In this document: positions 23,527 through 33,717 of the stretch, piece after piece
Layout of the letters: each line of letters opens with the position of its first letter
Position numbering within the stretch: position 1 is the stretch's first letter
Source of the DNA: Candidatus Sumerlaeia bacterium
GTDB lineage: Bacteria; Sumerlaeota; Sumerlaeia; SLMS01; JANRJK01
Direction of reading: 5' to 3'
Assembly: GCA_033764015.1 (NCBI GenBank)
Contig: JANRJK010000031.1
Span: 80,987 to 144,986, forward strand
DNA: 64,000 nt
Notes under the pieces: generated by a model
What the model was told of the DNA's origin: nothing
What the model saw: only the letters and a program-made list of their open reading frames with translations
Database searches by the model: none
Translations under genes and position numbers: made by a program

Positions 23527-26500
23527 CTACTCCGCGCCGCCGGAGAGCGCCACCTGCACGCGTTCGAGGAGCTGGGCGGGGCGAAACGGCTTGGCGATGG
23601 CGCGCACCTTCGGACCCGGCACGGTGGTGAAGGCGTCGGCTTCCGGCGGGCCGGAGCCGCTGGTGGCGATGATGGGCAGCCTCGGGACGATGGAGCGGAG
23701 CCGCGCGGCGAGCTCCGCGGCGGCCGCCGCGCCCGGCGCCAGATCGAGCATCGCCAGCGCGAGGTCCGCCTTGCAGATCCGCGCCAGGTCCAGCGCCCCG
23801 GCCGCGTCCGCCGCGGCGAGCACCTGGAAGCCGAAGCGCTCGAAGCACGCGCGGGCCACGTCGCGCGCCATGTCGTCGCCGTCCACCACGAGCACGTGCC
23901 CGTGCAGGTTGCGCGGGATGGCGAGCGGCGTCCCGCCGGAGTCGAACTCCGCCTTGGCGGATCCGGTGTGCACCGGGAACAGCGCGCGGATCGTGGTGCC
24001 GCGCCCCGGGGCGGAGCTGACGAAGATCGCGCCGCCGTGCGAGGCGACGATGCCGAGCACCACCGCGAGGCCGAGGCCCTGGCCCCCCGCCTCGGCGCTG
24101 TAGAACGGCTCGAACATGCGGGTGCGCACCTCGTCGGGCATGCCGGCGCCGTTGTCCTCGATCTCGAGGAACACATGGCGCCCCGGCTCGAGCGCCGTGC
24201 GCGCGTAGGAGCGCGCCAGCACCTCCGCTGTCGAGTCCGCCACGCCGGTCCGCACCGTGATCCGGGGCGCGGGCGTCGAGCGCACCGCCGCGAAGGAGTT
24301 GGTCAGCAGGTTCGTCACCACCTGGCCGATGCGCGCCACGTCGATCTGCACCAGCGGGAGCGCGGAGGGGAGGTCGACGACCATGTCCGCCTCGGTGAGG
24401 CGCTGGGAGCGGACCAGCGTGACGACGCCGGAGACGACCTTCGACAGGTCGAGGGGGCGCACGTCGAAGCGCCCGCGCCCGGCGTAGGCGAGCAGTTGGC
24501 CGGTCAGCTCCGCCGCGCGGTCCGAGGCCGCCTCGATCTTCTCGAGGGACGGGCGGACCGGGCTGTCCGGGGGCAGCGCCATGGCGGCGAGGCCCGCGTT
24601 CCCCTGGATCGCGGACAGCAGGTTGTTGAACTCGTGGGCGATGCCGCCGGCGAGCACGCCGATGCTCTCCATCTTCTGCGCCGCCTGCAGGCGCTCGCGG
24701 TTCGCCTGCTCGCGCTGCGCCGCGCGGACGCGTTCGCTGACGTCGCGCAGCACCGCCAGGCAGTGCGTCGCCACGCCGGACGCGTCGCGCACCGGTGTGA
24801 GGTTCAGCTCGAGGTACGACTCGGCGCCGCCCGGACCCGGGAGGGCGAACTCGGCGCGGGCGGGATGCCGCCGCATCAGCGCCGCGCGCGCGGGTCCCCA
24901 CGCCACCGGGTCGCGCCGCAGCGCCGCGAGGAACGACGGCTCGCGCCCGAGCGCCTCCGCCGCGGTTCCGCCCGCCAGCCGGTAGTACGAGTCGCTCGCG
25001 TAGATCACCGTCAGCCCGTCGAATCGCACCGGGTCCCACGCCATCATCACCAGCGCGTCGCCGGAGTGGCGCATCGCGGTGTCCAGGAGGCGCACGCGGT
25101 CCGCGGCGGCGCGGCGCTCCGTGATGTCCTCGAACATGCCGAGCGCGTAGCGCGGGGCGCCGGCGGCGTCGCGGATCATGGAGACCGTCATGCGGCCCCA
25201 GACGCCGGTGCCGTCGCGGCGCAGGTAGCGCTTCTCGACCTCGTAGCGCTCGATGCGCCCCTCGAAGAGCGCGCGGAGGTTCTCCGCCGTCGAGGCGCGG
25301 TCCTCCGGGTGCGTCACATCCAACACGTTCAGGTTCACGCCCTGCTCGAGCGTGTAGCCGAGGAGGCGCCCGAAGGCGGCGTTGAACGTCAGGACGCGGC
25401 CGTCCGTGGCGGCCAGGCCGATGCCGATCGGCGAGTTGTCGAAGATGGCGCGCAGGCGCTCCTCGCTGGCGCGGAGCGCCTCGAGCGCGGTGCGGCGCTC
25501 GGTGATGTCGCGGATGCCTCCGCGGACGCCGGCCACGCGGGCGCCGTCGCGGAACGGGGCCGTCGCGTCGCGGATCCAGCGCGTCGCGCCGTCCTTGCTG
25601 ACGATGCGGTACTCGTCGAAGCGGCTTTCCCCGGCGAGCACGCGGCGCACGCGGCGGCGCCAGGCGGGGCGGTCCTCCGGATGCACGATCGACTCCCAGC
25701 CGCCGGGGCGCGCCAGCTCCTCCGCCGTGTAGCCCGTCACCGCCGTCAGGTCGCCCGCGGCCCACGCCAGGCGCGGCTCGCCCGTGTGGCGGCGCTGGAC
25801 GATCTCGTAGTGGAAGTCGCTCGTCAGCTCCGCCACCGAGCGGAGCCGCTCCGCCTGCCGCAGCATCTCGCGGTGGCCCTCCGCGCGCTCCGTCGCGTCC
25901 AGCGAGATGCGGCAGATGTTGACGATCTCGCCCCGCCGGTTCCGCACCGGGGTGTAGCCCACCTCGAAGAAGCGCGTGCGCCCGTTCAGGTCCGAAACGG
26001 CGCACAGCTCGGACGTGTGCTGCCCCGAGAGCGCGGCGCCGAAGCTCTCGCAGAACCCCTCGAGCTCCTGCGGCGGCACGTAGTCGACGAAGGAGCGCCC
26101 CACCACGATGGGGCGGTCCTGCACCAGCCGCATCTGCCGCTCCGCCGCGTGGTTCAGGCTCTCGATGCGCATCGAGGGCGACAGCACCACGACGCTTTGC
26201 GGGATCGAGTCGAAGACCGCGCGGAGCAGCGACTCGCTGGCGCCGAGCGCCTGGTTGGTGGCCTGGAGGCGGCGCTCCGCCTGCCGCAGCGGCGTCACGT
26301 CGGCGAAGCACCAGGTGCGCAGCGCGCGCCCGGCGTAGTGCGAGACGCGGGTGCGGAGCTGGAGCCGGCGCGCGGCGCGCTCGGGGCCGAGCGTCACTTC
26401 CCGCGCCGCCTCGCCGAGCGGCTGCGGCTTCTCCCCGTCCACATCGTCCCACTCCTCCGCCAGCCGGCGCAGCAGCGCGGCGCCCGCCGCGGCGCCTCCG

Positions 26501-27315
26501 CCGTGCGCCGCGGCGAGGTCGTCGAACGGCGTGTTGCGGTAGCGGAGCTCGCCCAGCTCGACGTCCTCCACGGCGAGCGGCAGCGGAATCGCGGAAAGCA
26601 CCGCCGCCAACCGGTCCTCCATGTGCGACATCATCGGCTCGCTGCCCAGCACGGGGGTCAGGTCGATGCCGACGGTCGCCGCGACCGGTTGCCCGGCGGG
26701 GCCCCGCGCGGGGAGCCGGAGCGTGCCGCGCAGGATCGGGCCCTTCGCCGAATCGATCGTGTCCACATGGAAACTCGGAATCCCCTCCTTGATGGCGCGG
26801 GTGTCCCGCGCGCGGATCTCCCGGGCGGACGCCTCCGGGAGGAAGTCCTCCGGCGTCCGGCCGAGCCAAGGCGCGCCGGAGATCGGCGGCGCCGACGCGC
26901 CCGCCGGGTTCACATGGAGGAAGACACTCCGCGCGTCCCGCACCCAGAGCGGCGCGCCGCTGCCTTCGAACGCCTGCGCCAACTGCTCCAGCGTCGCGAA
27001 GCCCTGCGGGATGCCGGGCTCCGGCGGACGCGCGGCGACCAGCAGCATCCCCGGCCGGCCCGCGCTGCGCCGCGCCGTGGCGAGAAGCCCGCTCCCGCCC
27101 GCGTGCAGCAGGAACGGCTCGCCGCCGCTGCGCGCGGCCAGCTCCTCAGCCGTCGCGCCGAGCAGCTCCGCCGAGGTCCGCCCCTTCGGCTCCCGCGCGC
27201 CGAGCAGCCTTGCCATCGTCGGCGTGCAGTCCACAATCGTCCCGGAAGCGGCGTCCACCACCGCGACACCTTCCGAAACAAGGCCGAGGGCCTCTTGCGC
27301 GAACTGGTCGTCCAT
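23527..27315 (-). CDS. Multi-PAS hybrid sensor histidine kinase/response regulator
   Basis: Several PAS/PAC repeats (DITER, HPED), H-box AGGIAHEFNNLL, NLLTNS, DNGAGM, FEPF, GLGL, C-terminal receiver (MLDL, KPF). Confidence 0.93.
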   Translation of the reverse strand: MDDQFAQEALGLVSEGVAVVDAASGTIVDCTPTMARLLGAREPKGRTSAELLGATAEELAARSGGEPFLLHAGGSGLLATARRSAGRPGMLLVAARPPEPGIPQGFATLEQLAQAFEGSGAPLWVRDARSVFLHVNPAGASAPPISGAPWLGRTPEDFLPEASAREIRARDTRAIKEGIPSFHVDTIDSAKGPILRGTLRLPARGPAGQPVAATVGIDLTPVLGSEPMMSHMEDRLAAVLSAIPLPLAVEDVELGELRYRNTPFDDLAAAHGGGAAAGAALLRRLAEEWDDVDGEKPQPLGEAAREVTLGPERAARRLQLRTRVSHYAGRALRTWCFADVTPLRQAERRLQATNQALGASESLLRAVFDSIPQSVVVLSPSMRIESLNHAAERQMRLVQDRPIVVGRSFVDYVPPQELEGFCESFGAALSGQHTSELCAVSDLNGRTRFFEVGYTPVRNRRGEIVNICRISLDATERAEGHREMLRQAERLRSVAELTSDFHYEIVQRRHTGEPRLAWAAGDLTAVTGYTAEELARPGGWESIVHPEDRPAWRRRVRRVLAGESRFDEYRIVSKDGATRWIRDATAPFRDGARVAGVRGGIRDITERRTALEALRASEERLRAIFDNSPIGIGLAATDGRVLTFNAAFGRLLGYTLEQGVNLNVLDVTHPEDRASTAENLRALFEGRIERYEVEKRYLRRDGTGVWGRMTVSMIRDAAGAPRYALGMFEDITERRAAADRVRLLDTAMRHSGDALVMMAWDPVRFDGLTVIYASDSYYRLAGGTAAEALGREPSFLAALRRDPVAWGPARAALMRRHPARAEFALPGPGGAESYLELNLTPVRDASGVATHCLAVLRDVSERVRAAQREQANRERLQAAQKMESIGVLAGGIAHEFNNLLSAIQGNAGLAAMALPPDSPVRPSLEKIEAASDRAAELTGQLLAYAGRGRFDVRPLDLSKVVSGVVTLVRSQRLTEADMVVDLPSALPLVQIDVARIGQVVTNLLTNSFAAVRSTPAPRITVRTGVADSTAEVLARSYARTALEPGRHVFLEIEDNGAGMPDEVRTRMFEPFYSAEAGGQGLGLAVVLGIVASHGGAIFVSSAPGRGTTIRALFPVHTGSAKAEFDSGGTPLAIPRNLHGHVLVVDGDDMARDVARACFERFGFQVLAAADAAGALDLARICKADLALAMLDLAPGAAAAAELAARLRSIVPRLPIIATSGSGPPEADAFTTVPGPKVRAIAKPFRPAQLLERVQVALSGGAE

Positions 27316-27398
27316 CGGGAACCGCGGGCCGCTGCTGGGCCCCTCCGAAACGGGATGCGGAAGAAACTGAGTTCAAACCACTTCGACGGTGTTCCGCA

Positions 27399-28304
27399 AT
27401 GCCTATGAGAGCCGCCACCGCCGCCGCGCTCCTTGCGCTGGCCGCCATCGCGCCGGCGCAGGAAACGGTCCGCCCGGACCGCCGCGCCGACCGCCCCTCC
27501 GCGGGGCCCGTGGCGGTGCGTGTCGCGCCGCTGGAACTCAGCATCGCCGCCGACGACGGCTTCTACCGCTCCTCCGTGTGGGAGGGCGCTCCGGAGGTGG
27601 CCGACTACGACGCGGAAACGGTGACCGCCGCGGGGGCCCGCCGCGGGCGCGTCGAGCTGCGCCTCGGGCGCGGGGCCCTCTCGCGCGAGACACGCGCCGA
27701 AGCGGGATTCCCCCGCGATCCCGCCACGGCGGAGGACGCGATGCGCCTGCGCGTGTCGGGGCTGCCGGCGGATTTCGCCGCGCCGGCCTGGCAGGTCGAC
27801 TTCTGGGCGCCGCTCGCGGAGCCGCGCCGCGTGCTGCGATCCACCTACGCCGCCAGCACGGCGGAGGGGCCCCTCTTCACCGATGCCCAGGCATGGCGCA
27901 CGCGCCCCGCCGCCGTGTCGCACGGCCCCCGCTTCGGCACGCGCGAGCACCCGCTTTCCCTGGGGCCCGGCGCGGTGCTCGAGGAGGCGCTGCCGCTGGT
28001 GCTGCGGGCGCTCCGCTTCGAGGACGGGCTCTCCGCCTACACGCAGCTCGCGGAGCCGCTCGCGCGCGAACTCGCCGGCCCGCCCACCACCTCGCCCGCC
28101 ATCATCAAGGTCCGCCGCCCCGCCCGGCCCGTGGTTGTTCCGGGCGCCTCGCGCACCACCGGCGAAGCGTGGGAGGTCGCCGTCGAAGCGGAGGACGGAC
28201 GCCGCCTGCGCTTCGTCTTCGACGACTCGCCGACGCGCACGCTGCTGCGCTACGAGGACGACCGCGGCACCGCGTGGCGGCTGCGCTCCGTGTCGCGGCG
28301 CTAG
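27399..28304 (+). CDS. Hypothetical secreted protein
   Basis: Signal peptide MRAATAAALLALAAIAPA and codon bias typical of the window; no recognisable family. Confidence 0.65.
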   Translation: MPMRAATAAALLALAAIAPAQETVRPDRRADRPSAGPVAVRVAPLELSIAADDGFYRSSVWEGAPEVADYDAETVTAAGARRGRVELRLGRGALSRETRAEAGFPRDPATAEDAMRLRVSGLPADFAAPAWQVDFWAPLAEPRRVLRSTYAASTAEGPLFTDAQAWRTRPAAVSHGPRFGTREHPLSLGPGAVLEEALPLVLRALRFEDGLSAYTQLAEPLARELAGPPTTSPAIIKVRRPARPVVVPGASRTTGEAWEVAVEAEDGRRLRFVFDDSPTRTLLRYEDDRGTAWRLRSVSRR

Positions 28305-28600
28305 TTGCCGTCCGGCCCGCGCTCCACTCGGTCCACGTACGCCTTCGCCTCCGCGAGGCCGCAGTTCTTCAGCTCGCGGTAGAACTTGATCGCGGCGATC
28401 TTGTTGCCTGCGCGGACCAGCTCATCCACTTGGTCCAGCCCTTCCGGCGGCACCGCGGGGAGGGAGCCGGGCGGCAACGGTTCCGGCGCCCCGCCGGGCT
28501 CCAGCCGCCCGATGCGCTCCTCCAGATCGGCCACCTGCGACCGCGTCTGCATGAGAATTCCGAAGGTCACGAGTGCGAGGAAGAAGCCGAGTACGGACAT
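28301..28600 (-). CDS. Small membrane-anchored protein with ribosomal L7/L12 C-terminal-like domain
   Basis: N-terminal TM helix, short coiled coil, KIAAIKFYRELKNCGLAEAKAYVD. Confidence 0.75.
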   Translation of the reverse strand: MSVLGFFLALVTFGILMQTRSQVADLEERIGRLEPGGAPEPLPPGSLPAVPPEGLDQVDELVRAGNKIAAIKFYRELKNCGLAEAKAYVDRVERGPDGN

Positions 28601-28661
28601 GGAACGTCCCTCATTGGATTGGGAGCTGGCACCACCAGTCGCGGGCTTGCGCGGCGCCGAC

Positions 28662-28985
28662 CTATGCCTCGTCCGGCGGCCGCTCGATGAGATCGACCAC
28701 GGCCTTTGCCTCGTCGAAACCGCATCCGGTCAGTTCCCTGAAGGACTTGATCGCCTCGGCCCTTTTCCCCTCCCGGACGAGGCTGTGCACCTCGGCCAAG
28801 CTCTTCGGCGGTCTGCCGGTCATCGGTGGGGTTCCCTCTCCCCGCATCTCCAACCGGCTCACGCGCTGCGACAACTCCGAAGTGAGCCTGTTGAGGCTGT
28901 TGACCAGCCCGACGAGGACCGCCAGCACCACGAGCACGAAGACGATCAGCAAAAGCAGGAGGACTACGGCGGAGAGCTGGGACAC
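28662..28985 (-). CDS. Second small membrane-anchored L7/L12-CTD-like protein
   Basis: Long TM helix, coiled coil, RAEAIKSFRELTGCGFDEAKAVVD. Confidence 0.75.
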   Translation of the reverse strand: MSQLSAVVLLLLLIVFVLVVLAVLVGLVNSLNRLTSELSQRVSRLEMRGEGTPPMTGRPPKSLAEVHSLVREGKRAEAIKSFRELTGCGFDEAKAVVDLIERPPDEA

Positions 28986-28997
28986 CCGGAGCGCCTC

Positions 28998-30923
28998 TCA
29001 GTGGAACTGAAGCTGCCGGAGCCGTTCGCGGGCTTCCGCGAGCGCCTGTCGGCAGGCGGCGCGGAGCTGCGGCGCCGGGTCGTCCAGGTGCTGCAGCAGC
29101 GCGGCGAGCGCGGGCGAGTGGTCCGGCGCGACCTGCGCCAGCGCCTGCGCGGCGCGCGCGCGCATCGCCGCGGGGCGGTGCGCGTCCGCTAGCCAGCCGC
29201 GGAGCTTCGGTTCGAGCGCCATCGCGTCCTCGCCGGCCACCTGCAGCAGCCGTAGCGCGGCCGTCGCCATCTCCTCGTCGTCGGATCCGAGCGCCGCCAC
29301 CGCCTGCGCGCACCAGGCCGGATCCGCCCGGCCCGCGCGCGCCAGCAGCAGCCTACCCCAGAGCGCCGCCGTCGGATCCATCCCGGGGCGCGACAACTGC
29401 TCCGCCACCTCGCGCAGCGCGTCGTCCGTCGACTTGTTGAGCAGCGCCAGCGTGCGGAACGCCTCGCGGCGCACCTTCGGATCCGGGTCCTTCAGCCCCT
29501 TCGCCACCACGGCGACGAGCGCCGTCGAGTGGTGCCGGTAGCCGCGGGGGGCCTCGACCGCGGCGACGCGCGCCGCCGCGTCGGGCGATTCGGAAAGCGA
29601 TTCGAGCACCGCGACCAGCTCGGCGATCGGCAGGTGCGAGTCGTCCAGGTGCTTCAGGACCAGCGGCGCGCGCGGGTCGGCGCCCTGCAGCAGCGCGCGC
29701 AGCACCACGCGGACGCCCGGCACCCCGAGCGCCAGCAGTCCGACCACCGCCGCTTCGGCCTCCGCCGGCGTGGACGACGCCTCCGTGAGGACCGCCTCGA
29801 GGTCGGGCAGGTACTCGAGCCTCGCGAGGCCGGGCTGCTCCAGCGCTTCGAGCACCGCGAGGCGCTTCGCCGGGTCCGCGAGCGCGGCGCGCACGGCGCC
29901 GGTGTCGGAGCGGCGCTCGATCCAGAGCGAGGCGGCGATGAAGCGCGCCCGCGGCCTGCCCTGCGCCATCGCCGCCTCGATCAGCGGCAGGTGCGCGAGG
30001 CCGAAGGAGGCGGCGAGGCTTCCCGCCTCCTTAGCGACTTCGGTGTCCTCCGCGGAGCAGGCGTCGAGGGCGGCCCGGAGGACATCGGCGTCGTTCGTCC
30101 GCAGGCGGGTGAGCGCGCGGAGCGCCTGCTGGCGCTGCCGCGGGTCGCCCGCGGCGGCGCGCGCGATCTCGAGCAGGGGCGCCACGAAGGCCCCGTGGCC
30201 CCGCGGCGCGGCGCCCGCCGCCAGCAGCGCCGCGTCCACGACCTCCCGCGACGGGTCGCGCAGCGCCGCCGCGATCCGGTCCTCGACGTGGCGCCCCATC
30301 AGCCACTGGTTGCCGCACAGCCGCAGCGCCGCCGCGCGCACCCGGTCGTCCGCGGATTCCAGCCAGCGGGCGACCGCCTGGTGCAGCAGCGCGAGCGACT
30401 CGTCGGGCTCCTTGCGCAGGTTGCGCGCGCCGAGCAGCGAGACCACCTCCGCGAGGACTCCGGGATCGGGGCGGCCCTCGAGGCGGCGGAGGAATTCCGG
30501 CAGCGGAGTCTCGCTTCCGGGGCGGGCGGCCTCCCAGCCGAGCCGGAGCAGCTCCGCGGCCTCGCGCGCCTCCCGCGCCTCGACCGCGAGGATGCGGGCG
30601 GCCAGCGCGGGGTCGGTGGCGAGGTGGTGGAAGAGGGCGAGCTTGCCCGCCGTGTCCGCGTCGGCCCAGCGGCGCGCGAGGTGCTCGGCGGCGTCGTCGC
30701 CGTGGTGCTTGAGGAGGTGCGCGGCGATCGCCGCCACCGACTGGTCGGCGGAGGCGAGCGCGGTGGCCAGCTCCGCGCAGGTGTCGGGGTCGTCCCATTC
30801 GCTGAAGAAGAACGCCGCCTTCCACGCGGCCACCTCGCCCAGCCCCGCCACCGCCTCGCGGATCGGCGGGAACGGGATGCGCGCCGTGGCGCGCTGCAGG
30901 TCGAGCGGCCAGCCCGCGTTCAT
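28998..30923 (-). CDS. HEAT/PBS-lyase repeat protein
   Basis: Repeated L.D.DP.VR..A..AL units (e.g. LKDPDPKVRREAFRTL); 4-bp overlap with the upstream gene. Confidence 0.8.
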   Translation of the reverse strand: MNAGWPLDLQRATARIPFPPIREAVAGLGEVAAWKAAFFFSEWDDPDTCAELATALASADQSVAAIAAHLLKHHGDDAAEHLARRWADADTAGKLALFHHLATDPALAARILAVEAREAREAAELLRLGWEAARPGSETPLPEFLRRLEGRPDPGVLAEVVSLLGARNLRKEPDESLALLHQAVARWLESADDRVRAAALRLCGNQWLMGRHVEDRIAAALRDPSREVVDAALLAAGAAPRGHGAFVAPLLEIARAAAGDPRQRQQALRALTRLRTNDADVLRAALDACSAEDTEVAKEAGSLAASFGLAHLPLIEAAMAQGRPRARFIAASLWIERRSDTGAVRAALADPAKRLAVLEALEQPGLARLEYLPDLEAVLTEASSTPAEAEAAVVGLLALGVPGVRVVLRALLQGADPRAPLVLKHLDDSHLPIAELVAVLESLSESPDAAARVAAVEAPRGYRHHSTALVAVVAKGLKDPDPKVRREAFRTLALLNKSTDDALREVAEQLSRPGMDPTAALWGRLLLARAGRADPAWCAQAVAALGSDDEEMATAALRLLQVAGEDAMALEPKLRGWLADAHRPAAMRARAAQALAQVAPDHSPALAALLQHLDDPAPQLRAACRQALAEARERLRQLQFH

Positions 30924-32299
30924 GGCGGAGCGAGCCGTCCCGTCTCGAACCGCAGCGCTTCTTCCAGGTCGGCGAAGTCGTAGCGGAATCCCCAGGCGCC
31001 CAGCCGCGCCGGCAGCACGCGGTTGCCGCAGAGCAGCAGTTGCTCGCCCATTTCGCCGAAGAGCCCGCGGACCGCCGCCGCGGGGAGCGGCAGCAGCGAC
31101 GGACGCCCCAGCGCCCGGCCGAGCGCCCGGGCGAATTCGCGGTTGGTCGCAGGCTGCGGGGCGGTCGCGTTCAATGGGCCCTCGTGGCGGGAATCGAACA
31201 ACGACTCAACCAGCACAGCGACCAGATCGTCGAGGTGAATCCAACTCATGTACTGCTCTCCGCCGCCGACCGGCCCTCCGGCCCCGGCGAGGAAGGCGGG
31301 CAGCATCTTCGCCAACGCGCCCCCCTGCGCGGAGAGGACCACGCCGATCCGCGGATGCACCGTGCGCACGCCCGCGTCGCGGGCGGGGGCCGCGGCGGCT
31401 TCCCAATCCCGGGCCACGTCGGCGAGGAACCCTTCGCCGAGCTCGCTCTTCTCCGTCAGCTCCTCGCTGCCGCGGTCGCCGTAGGCGCCGGTCGCGGAGG
31501 CGGAGACGAACACCCGCGGGCCGGCGCCCCTGGTCGCCAGCGCCTGCGCCAGCGTCCGCGTGCAGTCCACGCGGCTGCGCCGGATCTCGTCCTTGTACTC
31601 GTCCGTCCATTGCCGGCCGGCGATGGACGCGCCGGAGAGGTTCACCACCGCGTCGCATCGGGACAGCGCGGCGGCGTCGACTTCGCCCTTCGCGGGATCC
31701 CAGGCGATCTCGTCCGGCGTCGCCGCCGCGCGGCGCACCAGCGGCCGCACGCGGTGGCCTCCCGTTTCGAGGAACAGGCGCAGCGCGGTTCCCACCAGGC
31801 CGCTGGCGCCGGAGATCGCCACCGTGAGGCGGGGGCGCACCTTGTAGTCGTGCTGCCGCCGCAGGTCGTTCCCCAGCCGCCGGGCGCGGAACGCGAAGAG
31901 CCGCCGCAGGTCGCCGGCCATGAAGGAGTTGGCCATCGCGCCGAGCGCCCCAAGCGGCAGCTCGAACTCGACTTCGTCCCGGAGCAGGGAGCGGCCGGGG
32001 CCGTCCTCCAGGAAGCGGTGCGTGTGGCGCCACATAGCGAAGGGCCCGCGCTCCTGCACGTCGGTGAACTCGCCGCCCGCGCGGTAGCCCTCCATGCGCG
32101 CCAGCCACGTGAGCCAGACCGGCCCCTTGCGGATCTGGAACTCGACGATTCCGCCGTCCCGGATCCCCCCCTCGGCGCGGACCAGCCGCATGCGCTCCCA
32201 CGGCGGCGCCAGGCGCAGGAACGCGCCCGGCTTCTCGTGCCACGCGAAGAGCTCGGGGGCGGGGACGTCGTATCGCGACTCGAAGAGGAACCTGGCCAT
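30920..32299 (-). CDS. TIGR01777-family NAD-dependent epimerase with N-terminal SRPBCC domain
   Basis: SRPBCC segment (FTDVQERGPFAMWRHTHRF), then SGASGLVG, VNLSGASI, GGGEQYMSWIHLDD, N-A-T-A-P motif. Confidence 0.9.
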   Translation of the reverse strand: MARFLFESRYDVPAPELFAWHEKPGAFLRLAPPWERMRLVRAEGGIRDGGIVEFQIRKGPVWLTWLARMEGYRAGGEFTDVQERGPFAMWRHTHRFLEDGPGRSLLRDEVEFELPLGALGAMANSFMAGDLRRLFAFRARRLGNDLRRQHDYKVRPRLTVAISGASGLVGTALRLFLETGGHRVRPLVRRAAATPDEIAWDPAKGEVDAAALSRCDAVVNLSGASIAGRQWTDEYKDEIRRSRVDCTRTLAQALATRGAGPRVFVSASATGAYGDRGSEELTEKSELGEGFLADVARDWEAAAAPARDAGVRTVHPRIGVVLSAQGGALAKMLPAFLAGAGGPVGGGEQYMSWIHLDDLVAVLVESLFDSRHEGPLNATAPQPATNREFARALGRALGRPSLLPLPAAAVRGLFGEMGEQLLLCGNRVLPARLGAWGFRYDFADLEEALRFETGRLAPP

Positions 32300-32427
32300 G
32301 GAGGAGTTTTACCTTCGACGGCGGCAGGGAAGCAAGCGCCGCCGCGCGGGAACACCGCTTGCCGCGCGCCGCCGCCCGCGGCGTACCCTTCCCGGCTCCG
32401 CATTCCCCCGTGAAAGGAGGTCTCTCG

Positions 32428-33568
32428 ATGCGCGTACTCTCCGAAACCGTCGCCCTGCTCGACCAGGTCGTCGCCGCCTGCGCCCGCAGCCGGGAGTATC
32501 TTTAACGCCGACGCCACCAAGTCCGAGATCGAGGCCCTCGAGGCCCAGTCGCAGGCGCCCGACTTCTGGGAGGACCAGAAGCGCGCCCAGGACATGATGC
32601 GCCGCATCAACGAATTGAAGGCCACGATCGAGCCCTGGATGGCCCTCGAGCGCGAAGCCGCCGACGGCCTCGAACTCGCCGCCATGCTCCGCGAGGAGGG
32701 CCTCGCCGAAGGCTCCGACGCCGACGAGCTGGGCGAGAACGCCGACGCGCTCAAGGCCCGCCTCGAGCAGCTCGAACTCCGCTCGATGCTCAACGAGCCC
32801 TCGGACCAGCTCCCCGCGTTCCTCCAGATCCACGCCGGCGCCGGAGGCACCGAGTCGCAGGACTGGGCCCAGATGCTCCTGCGCATGTACACCCGCTGGT
32901 GCGAGCGCAAGGGCTACAAGGTCGAGATGCTCGACCTCGAGGAGGGCGACACCGCCGGCATCAAGGACGCCACGCTCCGCATCGAGGGGCCCCTCGCCTT
33001 CGGCTACCTCAAGGCCGAATCCGGCGTCCACCGCCTGGTGCGCATTTCGCCCTACGACGCGAACGCCCGCCGCCACACCAGCTTCGCCTCCGTGGACGTC
33101 ACGCCCGAGATCGACGACTCGATCGAGGTCGACATCGGCGTGAAGGACAAGGACTGGCGCATCGACTCCTTCCGCTCCTCCGGCAAGGGCGGCCAGAAGG
33201 TGAACAAGACCACCTCCGCGGTCCGCATCGTCCACTTCGCCAGCAACGTCGTCGTCTCCTGCCAGAACGAGCGGAGCTGGCACCAGAACCGCGACCTCGC
33301 CTTCCAGATCCTCCGTTCGCGCCTCTACCAGCTCGAACTCGACAAGCGGAAGAAGGAGGCGATGGCGCGCGAGGACCAGAAGATGGACATCGACTTCGGC
33401 TCGCAGATCCGCAGCTACGTGCTTCACCCCTACCAGATGGTGAACGACCACCGGCTGGAGCTGAAGACCAGCGACGCGGAAGGGGTGCTGGAAGGCGAAA
33501 TCGACGCCTTCATCGACGGCTACCTGCGCCACCAGCTGGCGCAGCGCACGCTGGCGCAGAAGAAGTAG
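32428..33568 (+). CDS. prfB: Peptide chain release factor 2, expressed via +1 programmed frameshift at CTT TAA C (32500-32506)
   Basis: SD AAGGAGG, ATG 32428, 25 codons to CTT-TAA; the +1 frame continues N-A-D...PDFWED into GAGGTESQDWA, ESGVHRLVRISPY, GGQ, FGSQIRSYV. Confidence 0.96.
32491..32506 (+). promoter_or_regulatory. prfB frameshift cassette (internal SD-like GGGAG + TAT CTT TAA C)
   Basis: CGGGAG TAT CTT TAA C compared with the canonical AGGGGG TAT CTT TGA C. Confidence 0.9.
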
Positions 33569-33717
33569 CCGCGCGCGGGAGCCAACTGGGCGGGGGCGCC
33601 CGCACCAGCCCCCGGCCCCCCGCCCGGCGGCGCCTTACGGCTTGCCCGGATTTGTCCGTAATGGCTGGATTGCTCTTGTCAACGGTCGCCAATTCGACTT
33701 GAGAGAGCCGGACAATC

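Noticed and set aside
28301..28985. Calling these genes rplL
   Set aside because: They have TM anchors, lack the L7/L12 N-terminal dimerisation domain and are not next to rplJ/rpoB.
32428..32505. prfB as a pseudogene because of the early stop
   Set aside because: The stop sits in the classic programmed +1 frameshift context.
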